DNA of 64,000 nt from an uncultured Gemmatimonadaceae bacterium (GCA_963822945.1 CAWGJO010000020.1:512001-576000), one strand, 5' to 3'. Positions 10,214-24,628 are shown, counted from the stretch's first letter. The notes: generated by a model not told the origin, from the letters alone. Program-made: numbers and translations.

Positions 10214-11487
10214 CAGGAATAGACGCGGTTCCGGCCGCCCGTCTTGGCCTTGTACAGCGACCGGTCGGCTTCGTGCAGCAGCACGTCGGGCGAGATCGGG
10301 TCCGTACCCCGCGCCAGCGCCACCCCGACGGAAACCGTGGCCGCGAGCGGCGACGCCTCCGCCCCGAAGCCGAAGTCCTCCACCCGCCGGCGCAGGCGCT
10401 CGGCGAACGCCACCGCGCCCTCCCACCCGGTGTCGGGGAGCACGATCACGAATTCGTCGCCGCCCAGGCGCGCCACCGCATCGGTGTCGCGCGCCGTGCT
10501 CTTCATGATGGCCACCAACTGCTGCAGCACGAGGTCGCCCACCGGATGGCCGCGGGAATCGTTGATCGTCTTGAAGTGGTCGAGATCGATGGCGACCACC
10601 GCCACCTGCGACCCGCGGCGTTTGGCGAGCCGCCAGTCGCTCCGCAGGCGGTTCTCGAGGGCACGCCGGTTCATGCAGCCGGTGAGCGCGTCGGTGTCGA
10701 TCTGCTCCGCGAACCGATCGCGCATCTTCTCGAAACTCCGGGCCAGCAGCGTGAGGTCGTCCGGGTGTGTCGCCTTGGTGGCGGACAGCTTGGCCGTGAG
10801 CTCCCCCTCCTCTACCAGCCGGCAGAACAGCCGCAATTCGTTCATCCGATTGCGAAAGCTGCCGAACACGAAGACCACCATCGCGCTGACGAGCACGAAC
10901 ACGGTGATCGTCAGAACCACCTCGGGCGGCGAAGGCTTCGGGCCGGGGATGATCGCCGGCGCGGCCAGTTCCACGACGCCGTACGCGACCGCGGTCAGCA
11001 CGGTGGCGTAGGCCCCGAGCCACCACCCGAAATAGAATACCGAGAGCTGCACGCCAAGCAGTCCGATCAACAGCATGCGATGGTGCGCCTGCCCGTACGT
11101 CGTCAGGTAGAAGAATCCGGTCAGGGCCAGGATGTCGGCCGTCACGAGCAGACCGGGCAGCATCGGGTGCAACACGCCGCGCTGGGAACGCTGCACCCAC
11201 CACGAGGTGAGCATCACCGTCGCGATGTAGGCGCCGGAAATTACGAGCGTGGGGAGGAGCGAGACGTCGCGCGGAGCGCTGCCGAAGAGCAGGGCCACCA
11301 ACAGCGCCACCAGCACCGCCAGATAGCGGAGCCACCGCTGCCACAGAATCGCCTCGCGTTGCGCATCGGCCTGGGCGTGCCGCAAGGCGTCACCCAGCTC
11401 GGTGCGATTCTCGACCGAGTCACGGAGGACTTCGAGGGAACTGGTATTCCGTCGAATGGGGGGCGGGGTGCGGGGCGCCGATGTCAT
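10213..11487 (-). CDS. Membrane-bound diguanylate cyclase
   Basis: About 6 TM helices, HAMP-like linker, DALTG, DLDHFK, RDTD I-site, intact GGDEF. Confidence 0.92.
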   Translation of the reverse strand: MTSAPRTPPPIRRNTSSLEVLRDSVENRTELGDALRHAQADAQREAILWQRWLRYLAVLVALLVALLFGSAPRDVSLLPTLVISGAYIATVMLTSWWVQRSQRGVLHPMLPGLLVTADILALTGFFYLTTYGQAHHRMLLIGLLGVQLSVFYFGWWLGAYATVLTAVAYGVVELAAPAIIPGPKPSPPEVVLTITVFVLVSAMVVFVFGSFRNRMNELRLFCRLVEEGELTAKLSATKATHPDDLTLLARSFEKMRDRFAEQIDTDALTGCMNRRALENRLRSDWRLAKRRGSQVAVVAIDLDHFKTINDSRGHPVGDLVLQQLVAIMKSTARDTDAVARLGGDEFVIVLPDTGWEGAVAFAERLRRRVEDFGFGAEASPLAATVSVGVALARGTDPISPDVLLHEADRSLYKAKTGGRNRVYS

Positions 11488-11668
11488 GCGTGGAAGGCGT
11501 TGGTCGCGCAAAGCTACCGCGCCGGGGGCTCCGGGTAAAGAAGAATCCCCTGTCGAATCGCCCGCGCAGTCCCCATGTTGCCGTGGCCGACGCCGCCGTC
11601 CGCCGCGCCCTGCCGGAATTCATCCGCGCCCGGTTGCGGCGCCAACCGCTTCCCGCCTCTCCACGCCC

Positions 11669-12898
11669 GTGACCTCACGTTCGCGATCCCCTGCGTCCCC
11701 CTCCCCCTCCCCCTCCCTGCGCTCGGTCTTCCTCGGTGCCGCCTTCCTGATGGCGACCTCGGCCGTCGGCCCCGGGTTCCTCACGCAGACGTCGGTGTTC
11801 ACCGCGGAACTGGGCGCCAGCTTCGGCTTCGCGATTCTCGTCTCGGTGGTCGTGGATCTCGTGGCGCAGTTCAATGTCTGGCGTGTGATCGCGGTGAGCG
11901 GCCGCCGGGCGCAGGATCTGGGCAACGCCGTGCTGCCGGGCCTCGGGTGGCTGCTCACCGTACTCGTGGCGGCGGGCGGATTGGCGTTCAACATCGGCAA
12001 CATCGCCGGCACGGGGCTGGGCCTGAACGCCCTGCTGGACGTGCCGGTGAAGACCGGCGCCGCGATCAGCGCCGTGGTGAGCATCGCGATCTTCCTGGTG
12101 CCCGACGCCGGCCGGGCCATGGACCGGTTCGCACAGTTGATGGGCTTCGTGATGGTGGCACTCACACTGTACGTGGCGGTCACGGCCCACCCACCGCTGG
12201 CGGGGGCGATCGTCGGCACCGTGGCCCCCACCGACTGGAGCGTGCTCACGATCGTGACCCTGATTGGGGGTACCGTCGGCGGCTACATCACCTTCGCGGG
12301 CGCGCACCGCCTGCTCGATGCCGGCATTTCCGGCCTCGACGCCCAATCGGAAGTCACGCGCACGGCGGGGCTGGCCATCGGCGTGGCCTCGCTGATGCGC
12401 GTGCTGCTGTTCCTCGCCGTGCTGGGCGTCGTCTCGCGCGGCCTGATGCTCGACCCGGCCAACCCGCCGGCCTCGGTGTTCCGTCTGGCCATCGGCCAGA
12501 TCGGTTATCGCCTGTTCGGGATCGTGATGTGGGCGGCCGCGATCACGTCGGTGGTGGGCGCGGCGTACACCTCGGTGAGCTTTCTCCGCTCCCTGAGTCC
12601 GTGGGCCGATCGGTTCTGGACGCGCCTCGTGATCGGCTTCATCGGGTTGAGCACGATCGTCTTCCTGCTCGTCGGCCGGCCGGTGAAGACGCTGATCGCG
12701 GTGGGCGCGCTGAACGCCCTGGTGCTGCCGGTCGGACTGGTCGTGGTGCTGCTGGCGGCGCACCGGCGTACCCTGATGCCCGAAGGGTACCGGCATCCGC
12801 GCGGGCTCACCATTGCTGGAGCCTTGGTGGCCGCCGCCATGGCGGGGATGGGACTCTATACGCTGGTGACGGAGCTGCCCAAGATGTGGAGCAGGTGA
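11669..12898 (+). CDS. NRAMP-superfamily transporter, YcsG-like
   Basis: GAAFLMATSAVGPGFLTQT and GGTVGGYITFAGAHRLLD; start approximate. Confidence 0.85.
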   Translation: MTSRSRSPASPSPSPSLRSVFLGAAFLMATSAVGPGFLTQTSVFTAELGASFGFAILVSVVVDLVAQFNVWRVIAVSGRRAQDLGNAVLPGLGWLLTVLVAAGGLAFNIGNIAGTGLGLNALLDVPVKTGAAISAVVSIAIFLVPDAGRAMDRFAQLMGFVMVALTLYVAVTAHPPLAGAIVGTVAPTDWSVLTIVTLIGGTVGGYITFAGAHRLLDAGISGLDAQSEVTRTAGLAIGVASLMRVLLFLAVLGVVSRGLMLDPANPPASVFRLAIGQIGYRLFGIVMWAAAITSVVGAAYTSVSFLRSLSPWADRFWTRLVIGFIGLSTIVFLLVGRPVKTLIAVGALNALVLPVGLVVVLLAAHRRTLMPEGYRHPRGLTIAGALVAAAMAGMGLYTLVTELPKMWSR

Positions 12899-12899
12899 T

Positions 12900-12956
12900 G
12901 ACCGCGAAGCGCGAACGGTGAAAGGGCGGCCCTTTCACCGTTCGCGCTTCGCGGTC
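12900..12956. repeat. Perfect 27-bp inverted repeat (3-nt loop) between convergent genes; probable bidirectional terminator
   Basis: GACCGCGAAGCGCGAACGGTGAAAGGG-cgg-exact reverse complement. Confidence 0.85.
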
Positions 12957-12960
12957 CACC

Positions 12961-15477
<2,517 letters not shown>

Positions 15478-15525
15478 GTTGGCGGTCGGGGGAAAGGCAG
15501 AAATGTGGGGTTGGACAGACTGCGA

Positions 15526-15554
15526 AACATACCCGTTTCGGGGGCGAAAATCAA
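15526..15554 (-). promoter_or_regulatory. Sigma70-like promoter of gyrA
   Basis: TTGATT-17 nt-TATGTT on minus strand. Confidence 0.55.
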
Positions 15555-15702
15555 CCGAGCGGACTACCTGTAAGTCTTTGCGTCAAAGCAACTTGTAGAC
15601 ATGGAACCGGGCGGTCCCGCCGGGCGCTGAACGCCGCCGAACTTACGCGCGGAAGCGGCGCTCGAAAACGCCCGTTCCCGCCCGGCATTCCCCACCGTCC
15701 GA

Positions 15703-15942
15703 CTACGTTCGCGTCCCGCGCCTGCGATCGAAGATCACGCTCCGCCGGCACTCCGGGCAGAGGAGCCACTCGCGGCGCCGGGCATACCCGAGTCCGAACG
15801 ACCCACCGCCGATCTCACGCACGGTCATCACCGCGCCGTCGCGCGGACAGTGCACGGTACCGCCCCCCGCGTACGCCGCGCGCACGGCCCGCTCCTCGTC
15901 CGGTTCGAACTGCGCATGCTCCGTCACCCGTTCACCGTTCAC
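15703..15942 (-). CDS. Small putative zinc-binding protein
   Basis: CPRDG...CPEC; GTGA overlap with upstream gene. Confidence 0.65.
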   Translation of the reverse strand: MNGERVTEHAQFEPDEERAVRAAYAGGGTVHCPRDGAVMTVREIGGGSFGLGYARRREWLLCPECRRSVIFDRRRGTRT

Positions 15943-16985
15943 CCTTCACGCGTCACCTCCAGCACGATCTTCCCGAACTGCTTTCCCTCCTGCAGCCGCG
16001 CGTACGCCTCCCGTCCGTCGTCCAGCGCGTACACCCGGTCCACCGGCGGCAGCAGCCGGCCAGCGCGCAGATGCTCGACGATCGCCGTGAACTCCGCGTC
16101 GTTCCCCATCGTCGATCCGAGAATCGAATACTGGTTCCAGAACAGCCGCCGCACGTCGGTCTCGACCATCGGCCCCGTGGTCGCGCCGCAGGTGACGAGC
16201 CGCCCGCGCTTGCCCAGTGCGGCGAGCGACTGCTTCCACGTCGCCATCCCCACGTTGTCCACTACCACGTCCACACCGGCCTTCCCGGTAGCGGCGCGGA
16301 TCTCACGCGCCACGTCCTGTGTGCGATGATTGAGCGTGTGGTCCGCGCCCAGCGCACGCGCCCTCTCCAGCTTCTCGTCGCTCCCCGACGTGACCCAGAC
16401 CTCGGCGCCCAGCAGCTTGCAGATCTGGAGCGCGGCCGTGGCCACGCCGCCCCCGATGCCCCAGATCAGCACGCGCTCGTCTGCCCGGAGTTGCGCGCGC
16501 GTCACCAGCATCCGCCACGCGGTCATGGTCGCCAGCCCGAACGCCGCCGCCTCGGGCACCGGCGTGTCGGCCGGAATCGGTCGCACGTTGAACCCGGGCA
16601 CCACCGCGTATTCGGCCGCCGTGCCCGGATGGTGCTCACCGAGGATCCCGAACTTCACGCACAGCGAGTGCTCGCCTTCCCGGCAGTACGCGCACGTCCG
16701 GTCGCTGATGCCCGGATTGACCACCACCGTGTCTCCCTGGCGCACCCCGGTGACGTCAGGGCCCACGAGGTCCACCACTCCCACGGCGTCGGCAGCCACC
16801 ACCCACGGCGGCACGAGCGGCACGCCGGGCAGTCCGGCCAGCACGAACAGGTCCAGGTGATTCAACGCCACGGCCTTCACCCGCACGCGCACGTCGGTGC
16901 CCGACCGAAGGGCCGGTTCGGGAAGGTCGTCGCGAATCTCCAGCCGGTCGAGCCCGCCGTGAGCGGCGATCGTGAGTGCTCGCAC
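15939..16985 (-). CDS. Zn-containing MDR-family dehydrogenase/quinone oxidoreductase
   Basis: LNHLD, DxxCxxC-x7-C structural Zn loop, GIGGGV, CGATTG, GSTMG, FGKIVL; GTG start with GAGGGAG RBS. Confidence 0.9.
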   Translation of the reverse strand: MRALTIAAHGGLDRLEIRDDLPEPALRSGTDVRVRVKAVALNHLDLFVLAGLPGVPLVPPWVVAADAVGVVDLVGPDVTGVRQGDTVVVNPGISDRTCAYCREGEHSLCVKFGILGEHHPGTAAEYAVVPGFNVRPIPADTPVPEAAAFGLATMTAWRMLVTRAQLRADERVLIWGIGGGVATAALQICKLLGAEVWVTSGSDEKLERARALGADHTLNHRTQDVAREIRAATGKAGVDVVVDNVGMATWKQSLAALGKRGRLVTCGATTGPMVETDVRRLFWNQYSILGSTMGNDAEFTAIVEHLRAGRLLPPVDRVYALDDGREAYARLQEGKQFGKIVLEVTREG

Positions 16986-17117
16986 TGCTCCCTCTACGGT
17001 TATATTCCACACGCTTGCGGCCGCAGGCACTGCCGCCGCGCTTCGGGCTGCTGGAAATATGCACCGTGCGCCCGGCCCATGCGCCGCAGCGGCCACCGCG
17101 AACCGACACGGAATCCG

Positions 17118-18356
17118 ATGACGTCCATCAAGGTCCCCCCGCTCGGGGAGTCGATCACCGAAGCGATCGTGTCCCGCTGGCTCAAAGCCGAGGGCGACCC
17201 GGTTGCACCGGGCGAAACGATCGTCGAACTCGAGACGGACAAGATCACCGTCGAGGTGCCGTCGCTCACCGGCGGCGTGCTCACCAAGCATCTGCACGCC
17301 GAGGGCGACACGGTGCACGTGGACGACGAGCTCGCGCAGTTGGACGAGTCGGCCAAACCGGCGACCGCGACGCCCACGCCGGCAGCGCCGGGTCCCAAGG
17401 CGGCCCCGGTGCCCTCACCCGCCGCGGCCGCGCCCACCGCCGTCGCGGGCGACGAGCGCCGCCGCGTATCGCCGGCGGCACAGCGGTTGGCGGCGGAGTC
17501 CGGCGTCGATCTCTCGACCGTGCCCGGCACGGGAATGGGCGGCGTGGTGAGCAAGCCCGACGTGGTCGAGGCACTGAACGCACCGCCCGCGGCGCCGGCC
17601 CGCCCCGCGGCGCCGCGCCCCGCGCCCGCCGCGCCTCGTCCCGCCGAGATGCCGCACGAGCAGCGCGAAACGCGTGAGAAGATGACCACCCGGCGCAAGC
17701 GGATTGCCGAGAACCTCCTGCAGTCGCAGCACGCCACGGCGCATCTCACCACGTTCAACGAGATCGACATGACCGGCGTCGTGTCGCTGCGCTCACGCCT
17801 CCGCGACCGCGTGGAGAAGGAACACGGCGTCAAGCTCTCGTTCATGCCCTTTTTCGTGAAGGCCGCGTGCCAGGCCCTCAAGGCGTTCCCGACGGTCAAC
17901 GCGCAAATCGACGGCGACGAGATCATCTACAAGCACTACGTCAACATGGGCATCGCGGTGGCCTCGGACGCGGGGCTCGTGGTGCCGAACATCAAGGACG
18001 CCGACCGCCTGGGACTCCTCGACATCGCGCGCAGCATGAATGCCGTGGCCGACCGGGCCCGCAATGCGAAGCTCACGATGGACGACCTGACCGGTGGCAC
18101 GTTCACCATCACCAACGGCGGTGTGTTCGGGTCGCTCGTCTCGACGCCCATTCTCAACTATCCGCAGGTCGGGATCCTCGGCCTGCACAAGATCCAGGAC
18201 CGCCCGGTCGCGATTGACGGCCAGGTCGTCGTGCGGCCGATGATGTACATCGCGCTCTCGTACGACCACCGCATCGTGGACGGCCAGCAGGCCGTGCTGT
18301 TCCTGGTGCGCATCAAGGAACTGATGGAAGAACCGGGGGCGATGCTGGTCGAGTAG
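17118..18356 (+). CDS. sucB: Dihydrolipoamide succinyltransferase (2-oxoglutarate dehydrogenase E2)
   Basis: Lipoyl ETDK, E3-binding [21 protein letters not shown]. Confidence 0.93.
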   Translation: MTSIKVPPLGESITEAIVSRWLKAEGDPVAPGETIVELETDKITVEVPSLTGGVLTKHLHAEGDTVHVDDELAQLDESAKPATATPTPAAPGPKAAPVPSPAAAAPTAVAGDERRRVSPAAQRLAAESGVDLSTVPGTGMGGVVSKPDVVEALNAPPAAPARPAAPRPAPAAPRPAEMPHEQRETREKMTTRRKRIAENLLQSQHATAHLTTFNEIDMTGVVSLRSRLRDRVEKEHGVKLSFMPFFVKAACQALKAFPTVNAQIDGDEIIYKHYVNMGIAVASDAGLVVPNIKDADRLGLLDIARSMNAVADRARNAKLTMDDLTGGTFTITNGGVFGSLVSTPILNYPQVGILGLHKIQDRPVAIDGQVVVRPMMYIALSYDHRIVDGQQAVLFLVRIKELMEEPGAMLVE

Positions 18357-18392
18357 GGATCCGTCGCGACCGCTCTCGCCCCACCCAACGCC

Positions 18393-19805
<1,413 letters not shown>

Positions 19806-19809
19806 CGGC

Positions 19810-20223
19810 ATGCCGACACGTGCCCGCGACCTGATCGAGTCGACCCTCGGCGGAACGCCGTATCTGGCGCGCGCCCTCGAGTTGCTCGACCTGGCCGAGC
19901 AGCAGAACTCGGACGAATCGTGCGCCGTCTGGACGGAGCACGAGGGCGCGGTCACGTCGCTGGCGCTGGTGGGCATGGTGGCGGGGGCACGCGGCGCCGG
20001 CCGCATCCACCTGCTGCTCGGCGACGACCCACGCCTCGTGGCCCGCGCCTGTGACGTACTACGCGCGATGGGGGCGCGGTTCGCCATCGCCGAGTGGCCG
20101 GACGACATCCCGTTCCGCGAAGCCCTGCGGCGACTGCGCGAGGAAGGCTTCGCTCAGGAAGCGCGGATTCCCGACTATTTCCGCGCCGGCGTGGACCAGG
20201 TGTTCATGCGGCGCGATCTGTAG
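19810..20223 (+). CDS. Divergent GNAT-fold protein
   Basis: C-terminal GFAQEARIPDYF..GVD..FMRR resembles RimI-type GNAT end; acetyl-CoA loop not evident. Confidence 0.6.
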   Translation: MPTRARDLIESTLGGTPYLARALELLDLAEQQNSDESCAVWTEHEGAVTSLALVGMVAGARGAGRIHLLLGDDPRLVARACDVLRAMGARFAIAEWPDDIPFREALRRLREEGFAQEARIPDYFRAGVDQVFMRRDL

Positions 20224-20230
20224 CCGGAGA

Positions 20231-20836
20231 CTAGACCCGCAGGGCCGCGGTTGCGGCGTCGAGCGCCAGGGCCGCCCACTCGGCGTACGTCGCACCTGAC
20301 GGATGGAGGCCGTCGGCCACGAACCCGGCCGGATCGGTGGCCGTGCGCGAACGGCCGGTGATATCCACGTAGCGGGCGCCCGCCCCTGCGGTCGCCGACC
20401 GGACCACCCCGTTGAACGCGTCGATGCCGGCGGCGATCGCCGCCCGGTCGCGCCCGTCGGCGAACGGCGACACCCCCCAGTCCGGAATCGAGAGGACGAC
20501 CACCCGCCCGGTACGCCCGCCGGCGAACCCCGCCGCCTGCCGGAGAAGCCGTGCGAAACACGGGGCGAACTGGTCGGGCGTCGCTCCGCGGAAGTGGTCG
20601 TTCACGCCGATGAGCAGCGACACCAGCGGGTACGGGCCCTGCGGCGCAGCGGCGTCGATGCCCGCCGCCAGTTCGTCGCACGTCCACCCCGACCGGGCCA
20701 GGATCTGTGGATCGGCAACCGGGAAGCCGAGGCCGCGCAACGCGGCGGCGAGCTGGACCGGCCACCGTTCGGCGGCGGCGACCCCCTCGCCGATGGTGTA
20801 CGAGTCGCCGAGCGCGAGGTATCGCGCCCCGTTCAC
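20231..20836 (-). CDS. SGNH/GDSL hydrolase
   Basis: LGDSYT, IGVND, DGLHP. Confidence 0.93.
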   Translation of the reverse strand: MNGARYLALGDSYTIGEGVAAAERWPVQLAAALRGLGFPVADPQILARSGWTCDELAAGIDAAAPQGPYPLVSLLIGVNDHFRGATPDQFAPCFARLLRQAAGFAGGRTGRVVVLSIPDWGVSPFADGRDRAAIAAGIDAFNGVVRSATAGAGARYVDITGRSRTATDPAGFVADGLHPSGATYAEWAALALDAATAALRV

Positions 20837-21306
20837 GAGGCGCGCGCCGCGAGCGCGCGCTTGAGCACGGCAATCTGTCCGGCATGGTACAGCGTATGCT
20901 GGACCGCGCCGTGGAGCATGACGTAGGCCGAGTAGGGATGGCCGTGAACCATGTCGTCGAGAGATCGGCTGGGATTCCGAAGCACCGCCTGCGCGAGTGC
21001 GTCATGTGCCGCCAGCGCCGACTTGCAGGCCGCGGCCCAGGCCGCGGGGTCGGCGCTCTGCACCGGCGGAAAGTTCTCGGCTGCCGTGGGCTCGGCGTGG
21101 TCGCCTTCGAACCGTCGTTGCGCGGTACGCGTCCAGGTCTGGACGTGACCCACGAGTTCCCAGATGCTGTGGGCGTCCGGGATGGGGTGGGCGGCGGCGT
21201 CAGCGGCCGACACCCCGTCGATCGCCTCGCCCAGCGACGGGCCATGCCAGGCATCGCCATGGGCGGCGCGCCGGATCTGGTCCGCAATGCGCGCGGCTTC
21301 TGTCAT
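20833..21306 (-). CDS. DinB family protein
   Basis: AWHGP, HSIWELVGH, HTLYHAGQI. Confidence 0.9.
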   Translation of the reverse strand: MTEAARIADQIRRAAHGDAWHGPSLGEAIDGVSAADAAAHPIPDAHSIWELVGHVQTWTRTAQRRFEGDHAEPTAAENFPPVQSADPAAWAAACKSALAAHDALAQAVLRNPSRSLDDMVHGHPYSAYVMLHGAVQHTLYHAGQIAVLKRALAARAS

Positions 21307-21395
21307 CGGAGCCTCCGTACGAACCGGGTGGTACGAAAAAGGCGACCAGGATCGCGAAGGAACCTGGCCGCCTGAATCGGACGCCGAAGCGAGCT

Positions 21396-21827
21396 TCAGC
21401 GCACAAGCAATGCGGTGACGATGGATGCGGCCGCGACCAGGGCCATACCCACGAGCAGGGCAGTGCCCGGCGTGACCACGAACTCACGCCGGTACCAGGG
21501 CGTGATCGTTCCCGCCGGTGCGTGCGTGGGCAGCGAGGCCATGATCTGCGCCTCCACGTGCTGTGGGGTACGCATTCGGCGAACCCGCGCCATCTCGACA
21601 TCCAAGCCCCGCCAGAATTCCACGTCTTTTGCAGCGTCACTTTTGCGCACGGCAGCCTCCGGCAGCTCCCCATCCAACCACGCATGTACGGGTGCGGCGA
21701 TGGGACGATCCGCCTGCGAACCCAACGGCACTTCACGATCTATCAGCGGGCGCGCCGGCGCATCCTCGGCAGGACGCTTCTGGACGTCGCGCGAGAGCCC
21801 CGCGTCGGAACTCAGGTCGTCGTACAT
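21396..21827 (-). CDS. Putative anti-sigma factor
   Basis: Directly downstream of ECF sigma; HAWLDGEL motif and C-terminal TM helix. Confidence 0.65.
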   Translation of the reverse strand: MYDDLSSDAGLSRDVQKRPAEDAPARPLIDREVPLGSQADRPIAAPVHAWLDGELPEAAVRKSDAAKDVEFWRGLDVEMARVRRMRTPQHVEAQIMASLPTHAPAGTITPWYRREFVVTPGTALLVGMALVAAASIVTALLVR

Positions 21828-21828
21828 G

Positions 21829-22398
21829 TCAGGCGTACTTCTCCTCGAGTAGTGCTTGGAGCGCCTCGCGCGCGCGATGCACGCGCATCTTCAACGCTCC
21901 AACCGTTGTGCCCAGTAGATCCGCCATCTCTTCGTACGAACGCCCTTCTACGTGCTTCATGACGAACGCTTCCCGCAACGAGGCGGGCAGCGACGTCAGC
22001 GCACGATCGAGATCCGATCGCAGTTCCGTCCGGTCCAGTTCCTCGTCCGGAGTCGCATGCTGCGAGGGTTGGTCATCCTCCTCGTAACTCAGATGCGACC
22101 GCCGAATATTCTTCAGCCAATCCTTGCAGCCATTTGCGACGATCCGAAACACCCAGGCGTCAAATCGCCCGCGTACCTCGGACAGGTGCTGGTACGCCTT
22201 GATGAAGGAAAGCTGGAGGATGTCTTCCGCGACATCCGGGCTCCCCGTCATGCACAGAGCGTGCCGGTACAGCGGGTCACTGTAGCGCGTGATCAACAGC
22301 CGGAAGGCATCGCGTTGGCCCGCGAGCACCTGCTGGATGATCAGTTGATCAGACCCGTCCTGATCAACAACTGAGGCGGTGGATTCCGTCGTCTTCAC
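21829..22398 (-). CDS. ECF RNA polymerase sigma factor
   Basis: Region 2 (AEDILQ, FDAWVFRI) and region 4 (SYEEMA..LG...GALKMRVHRAR). Confidence 0.93.
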   Translation of the reverse strand: MKTTESTASVVDQDGSDQLIIQQVLAGQRDAFRLLITRYSDPLYRHALCMTGSPDVAEDILQLSFIKAYQHLSEVRGRFDAWVFRIVANGCKDWLKNIRRSHLSYEEDDQPSQHATPDEELDRTELRSDLDRALTSLPASLREAFVMKHVEGRSYEEMADLLGTTVGALKMRVHRAREALQALLEEKYA

Positions 22399-22521
22399 GA
22401 CGATAGAGTAATGCACTTTCCCCCATTCGAACAGGGATCGGCACCCGTCCCGCCTTTCACCACGGGTGTCACGCCTCAAAGACGAAATGGTAGATCGGGA
22501 AGTAACGGAGGGCCCGACCGA

Positions 22522-23607
22522 TCAGGAGAACGCCCCCCACCCTTCGGCGCGTACTCGGGCCCCGTGCTCATCCAGCCGCGGCGGCGGGCGCCGAACCACC
22601 CCGCCGACGCTCGAGGGCAGGCCCGTGAACGGCGAGGCGGCGGCCGTTTCGGCCAGCACTTCCAGCACCGGCCGCACGACGCCGCTGGGCACCCCCGCCT
22701 CCGAGAGCACCCGCTGCCAGTGCGCCGCGGGACGCTCGGCGATCCGCGACGAAATGGCTCGCGTCACTCGCTCACGCCCGGCCACCCGGCCGGCGTTCGT
22801 GGCCAGGTCCGCGTCATCGGCCAGCTCCAGGAGCTCGAGCGCCCGCACGCACGCCAGCCACTGCGCGTCGCTCCCCACCGCGATCACCACCCCACGATCA
22901 GCGGCTCGGAAGAGCTGGTAGGGAACGAGATTCGGGTGTGCGTTTCCCCATCGCCGCTGCTCTTCGCCGGACACCAGCGCATTCTGAGCCACGTTGACCA
23001 GCGCGGCGGTCGCACTTGCGGCCAGAGAAATCGAGAGCCGGCGACCGGTGCCGGTCCGCTCCCGCGCCAGCAGCGCGCCCAGAATGGCGATCGCCGCGTC
23101 CTTGCCCGCCACCACGTCGGCGAGCGCCACGCCCACCTTCATGGGATCGCCGCCGGGCTCGCCCGTGATCGCCATCCACCCCGACTCCGCCTGGATCACG
23201 AAGTCGTAGCCCGGTCGCGTGCTGTCCACGCCGAACCCCGAGATCGTGCACCAGACGAGCCGGGGGTGACGGGACACCATCGCGTCGGGTGCCAGCCCGC
23301 GCCGTTCGAGCGACCCCGGAAGGAAGTTGTCGATCACCACGTCCGCCTCCCCGATCAGTTGCTCCAGAAACGACACATCCTCCCGGCAGTCGAGGTCGGC
23401 GCTCACGCTCAACTTGTTCCGGTTCACGCTCAGGAAGTACGCGCTCTGCCCCCGCGCGTCGAACGGCGGGCCCCAGCCCCGCGTTTCGTCTCCGCTCCCG
23501 GGCCGTTCGACTTTGATCACGTCGGCGCCCAGGTCCGCCAGGAGCATTGAACAGAGCGGACCGGCAAGTACTCGCGAGAGATCGAGTATTTTGATGCCAC
23601 TGAGCAT
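22522..23607 (-). CDS. Class III CoA-transferase (CaiB/BaiF)
   Basis: LDLSRVLAGP, LADLGADVIKVE, NRNK, PGYD. Confidence 0.93.
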   Translation of the reverse strand: MLSGIKILDLSRVLAGPLCSMLLADLGADVIKVERPGSGDETRGWGPPFDARGQSAYFLSVNRNKLSVSADLDCREDVSFLEQLIGEADVVIDNFLPGSLERRGLAPDAMVSRHPRLVWCTISGFGVDSTRPGYDFVIQAESGWMAITGEPGGDPMKVGVALADVVAGKDAAIAILGALLARERTGTGRRLSISLAASATAALVNVAQNALVSGEEQRRWGNAHPNLVPYQLFRAADRGVVIAVGSDAQWLACVRALELLELADDADLATNAGRVAGRERVTRAISSRIAERPAAHWQRVLSEAGVPSGVVRPVLEVLAETAAASPFTGLPSSVGGVVRRPPPRLDEHGARVRAEGWGAFS

Positions 23608-23706
23608 AAACTGGCTTTATAGTGTTTTAAGTGAGGCGCTGGTTTCTTGAATCGCTGCGGTCGTAGTTCAGGCCGGGAATGGACGGTTTACCCGGGCCTG
23701 GCCTCC

Positions 23707-23734
23707 TTGCATAGCTGTCGAAAAATCATATACT
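23707..23734 (+). promoter_or_regulatory. Sigma70-like promoter
   Basis: TTGCAT-16 nt-TATACT. Confidence 0.55.
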
Positions 23735-23866
23735 TGCCGCCAATTCTACGGCTCCGATTTCAGCAGCCCCGGCGGACGAAAGGCCCGCGAAGTTAGCGAA
23801 GCCTTGGAAGTCCATCAAACATCACGGGGCGCTGTTCCCCCTTCATCTGACGAGTGGACGCGACTG

Positions 23867-24613
23867 ATGCCGGATTCTGCGCACGCCGGTTCCGCCAAAC
23901 CTTCCGCTGACCAGCCGCCGCCGCCCGCGGCACCCCGACGCGGGCCCGGCCATCGCGCCGACGCCCGCGATACGGTGGCGGAATTGGCCGAGAAGGCCCA
24001 GTTGATCAGCCTCGAGGCGGGCAGCAAGGTCGCGGCCGCCATGAAAGACGTGATCAGCGCCGCGGTAGGCATCGCGGGATTCGCGATCGAGAGCGCCCGT
24101 GACCTCACCAACTATATGGTTCGGCGCGGCCAGATGACGCAGGACGAAGCCGACAAGTTGCTCCGCGAGGCCGAGGCAGCCCATTCCAAGCGCCCGGCCT
24201 CGGAACGGGGCAAGCCGACCGCCACGAAGATTGCCGCCGAAAAGGCCGCGCTTGCCAAGGCGCAGGCGGCGCGTGCCGCGGAGATCGCTGCGGCAGCTTT
24301 CGCCAAACTTCACCCACCCCGCCCTCCCAAGCCGCCCTCCAAGGTCTTCATGCCCAAACCGGTGAAGAGCGCAAAGGCACCGGCCAAGAAGACGGCGAAG
24401 AAGGCCCCCGCCAAGAAGCAAGCGAAGAAGACCGCGAAGAAGCCTGCGCCCAAGAAGCCGGTCAAGAAGGCCGCCGCCAAGAAGCCCACGAAAAAGACGG
24501 CCGCCAAGAAGCCGGCGAAGAAAGCCGTCAAGAAGGCGGCGCCCAGGAAACCAGCTCCGAAGAAGGCGAAGAAGACCGTGACCCGGAAGGCCGCCGCCAA
24601 GAAGAAGCGCTAG
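23867..24613 (+). CDS. Phasin-like N-domain plus histone H1-like Lys/Ala/Pro tail (PhaF/AlgP-like)
   Basis: AAVGIAG...MVRRGQMTQDEA segment, then many (P/T/A)AKK repeats; start approximate. Confidence 0.75.
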   Translation: MPDSAHAGSAKPSADQPPPPAAPRRGPGHRADARDTVAELAEKAQLISLEAGSKVAAAMKDVISAAVGIAGFAIESARDLTNYMVRRGQMTQDEADKLLREAEAAHSKRPASERGKPTATKIAAEKAALAKAQAARAAEIAAAAFAKLHPPRPPKPPSKVFMPKPVKSAKAPAKKTAKKAPAKKQAKKTAKKPAPKKPVKKAAAKKPTKKTAAKKPAKKAVKKAAPRKPAPKKAKKTVTRKAAAKKKR

Positions 24614-24628
24614 CGGCGGGCGGCGACC

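Noticed and set aside
23770..23860. Hammerhead ribozyme (GAAA and CTGACGA both present)
   Set aside because: Required stems II and III cannot be formed around the core motifs
24360..24610. Tandem DNA repeats as CRISPR or VNTR
   Set aside because: They encode AKK peptide repeats; no spacers, no cas genes
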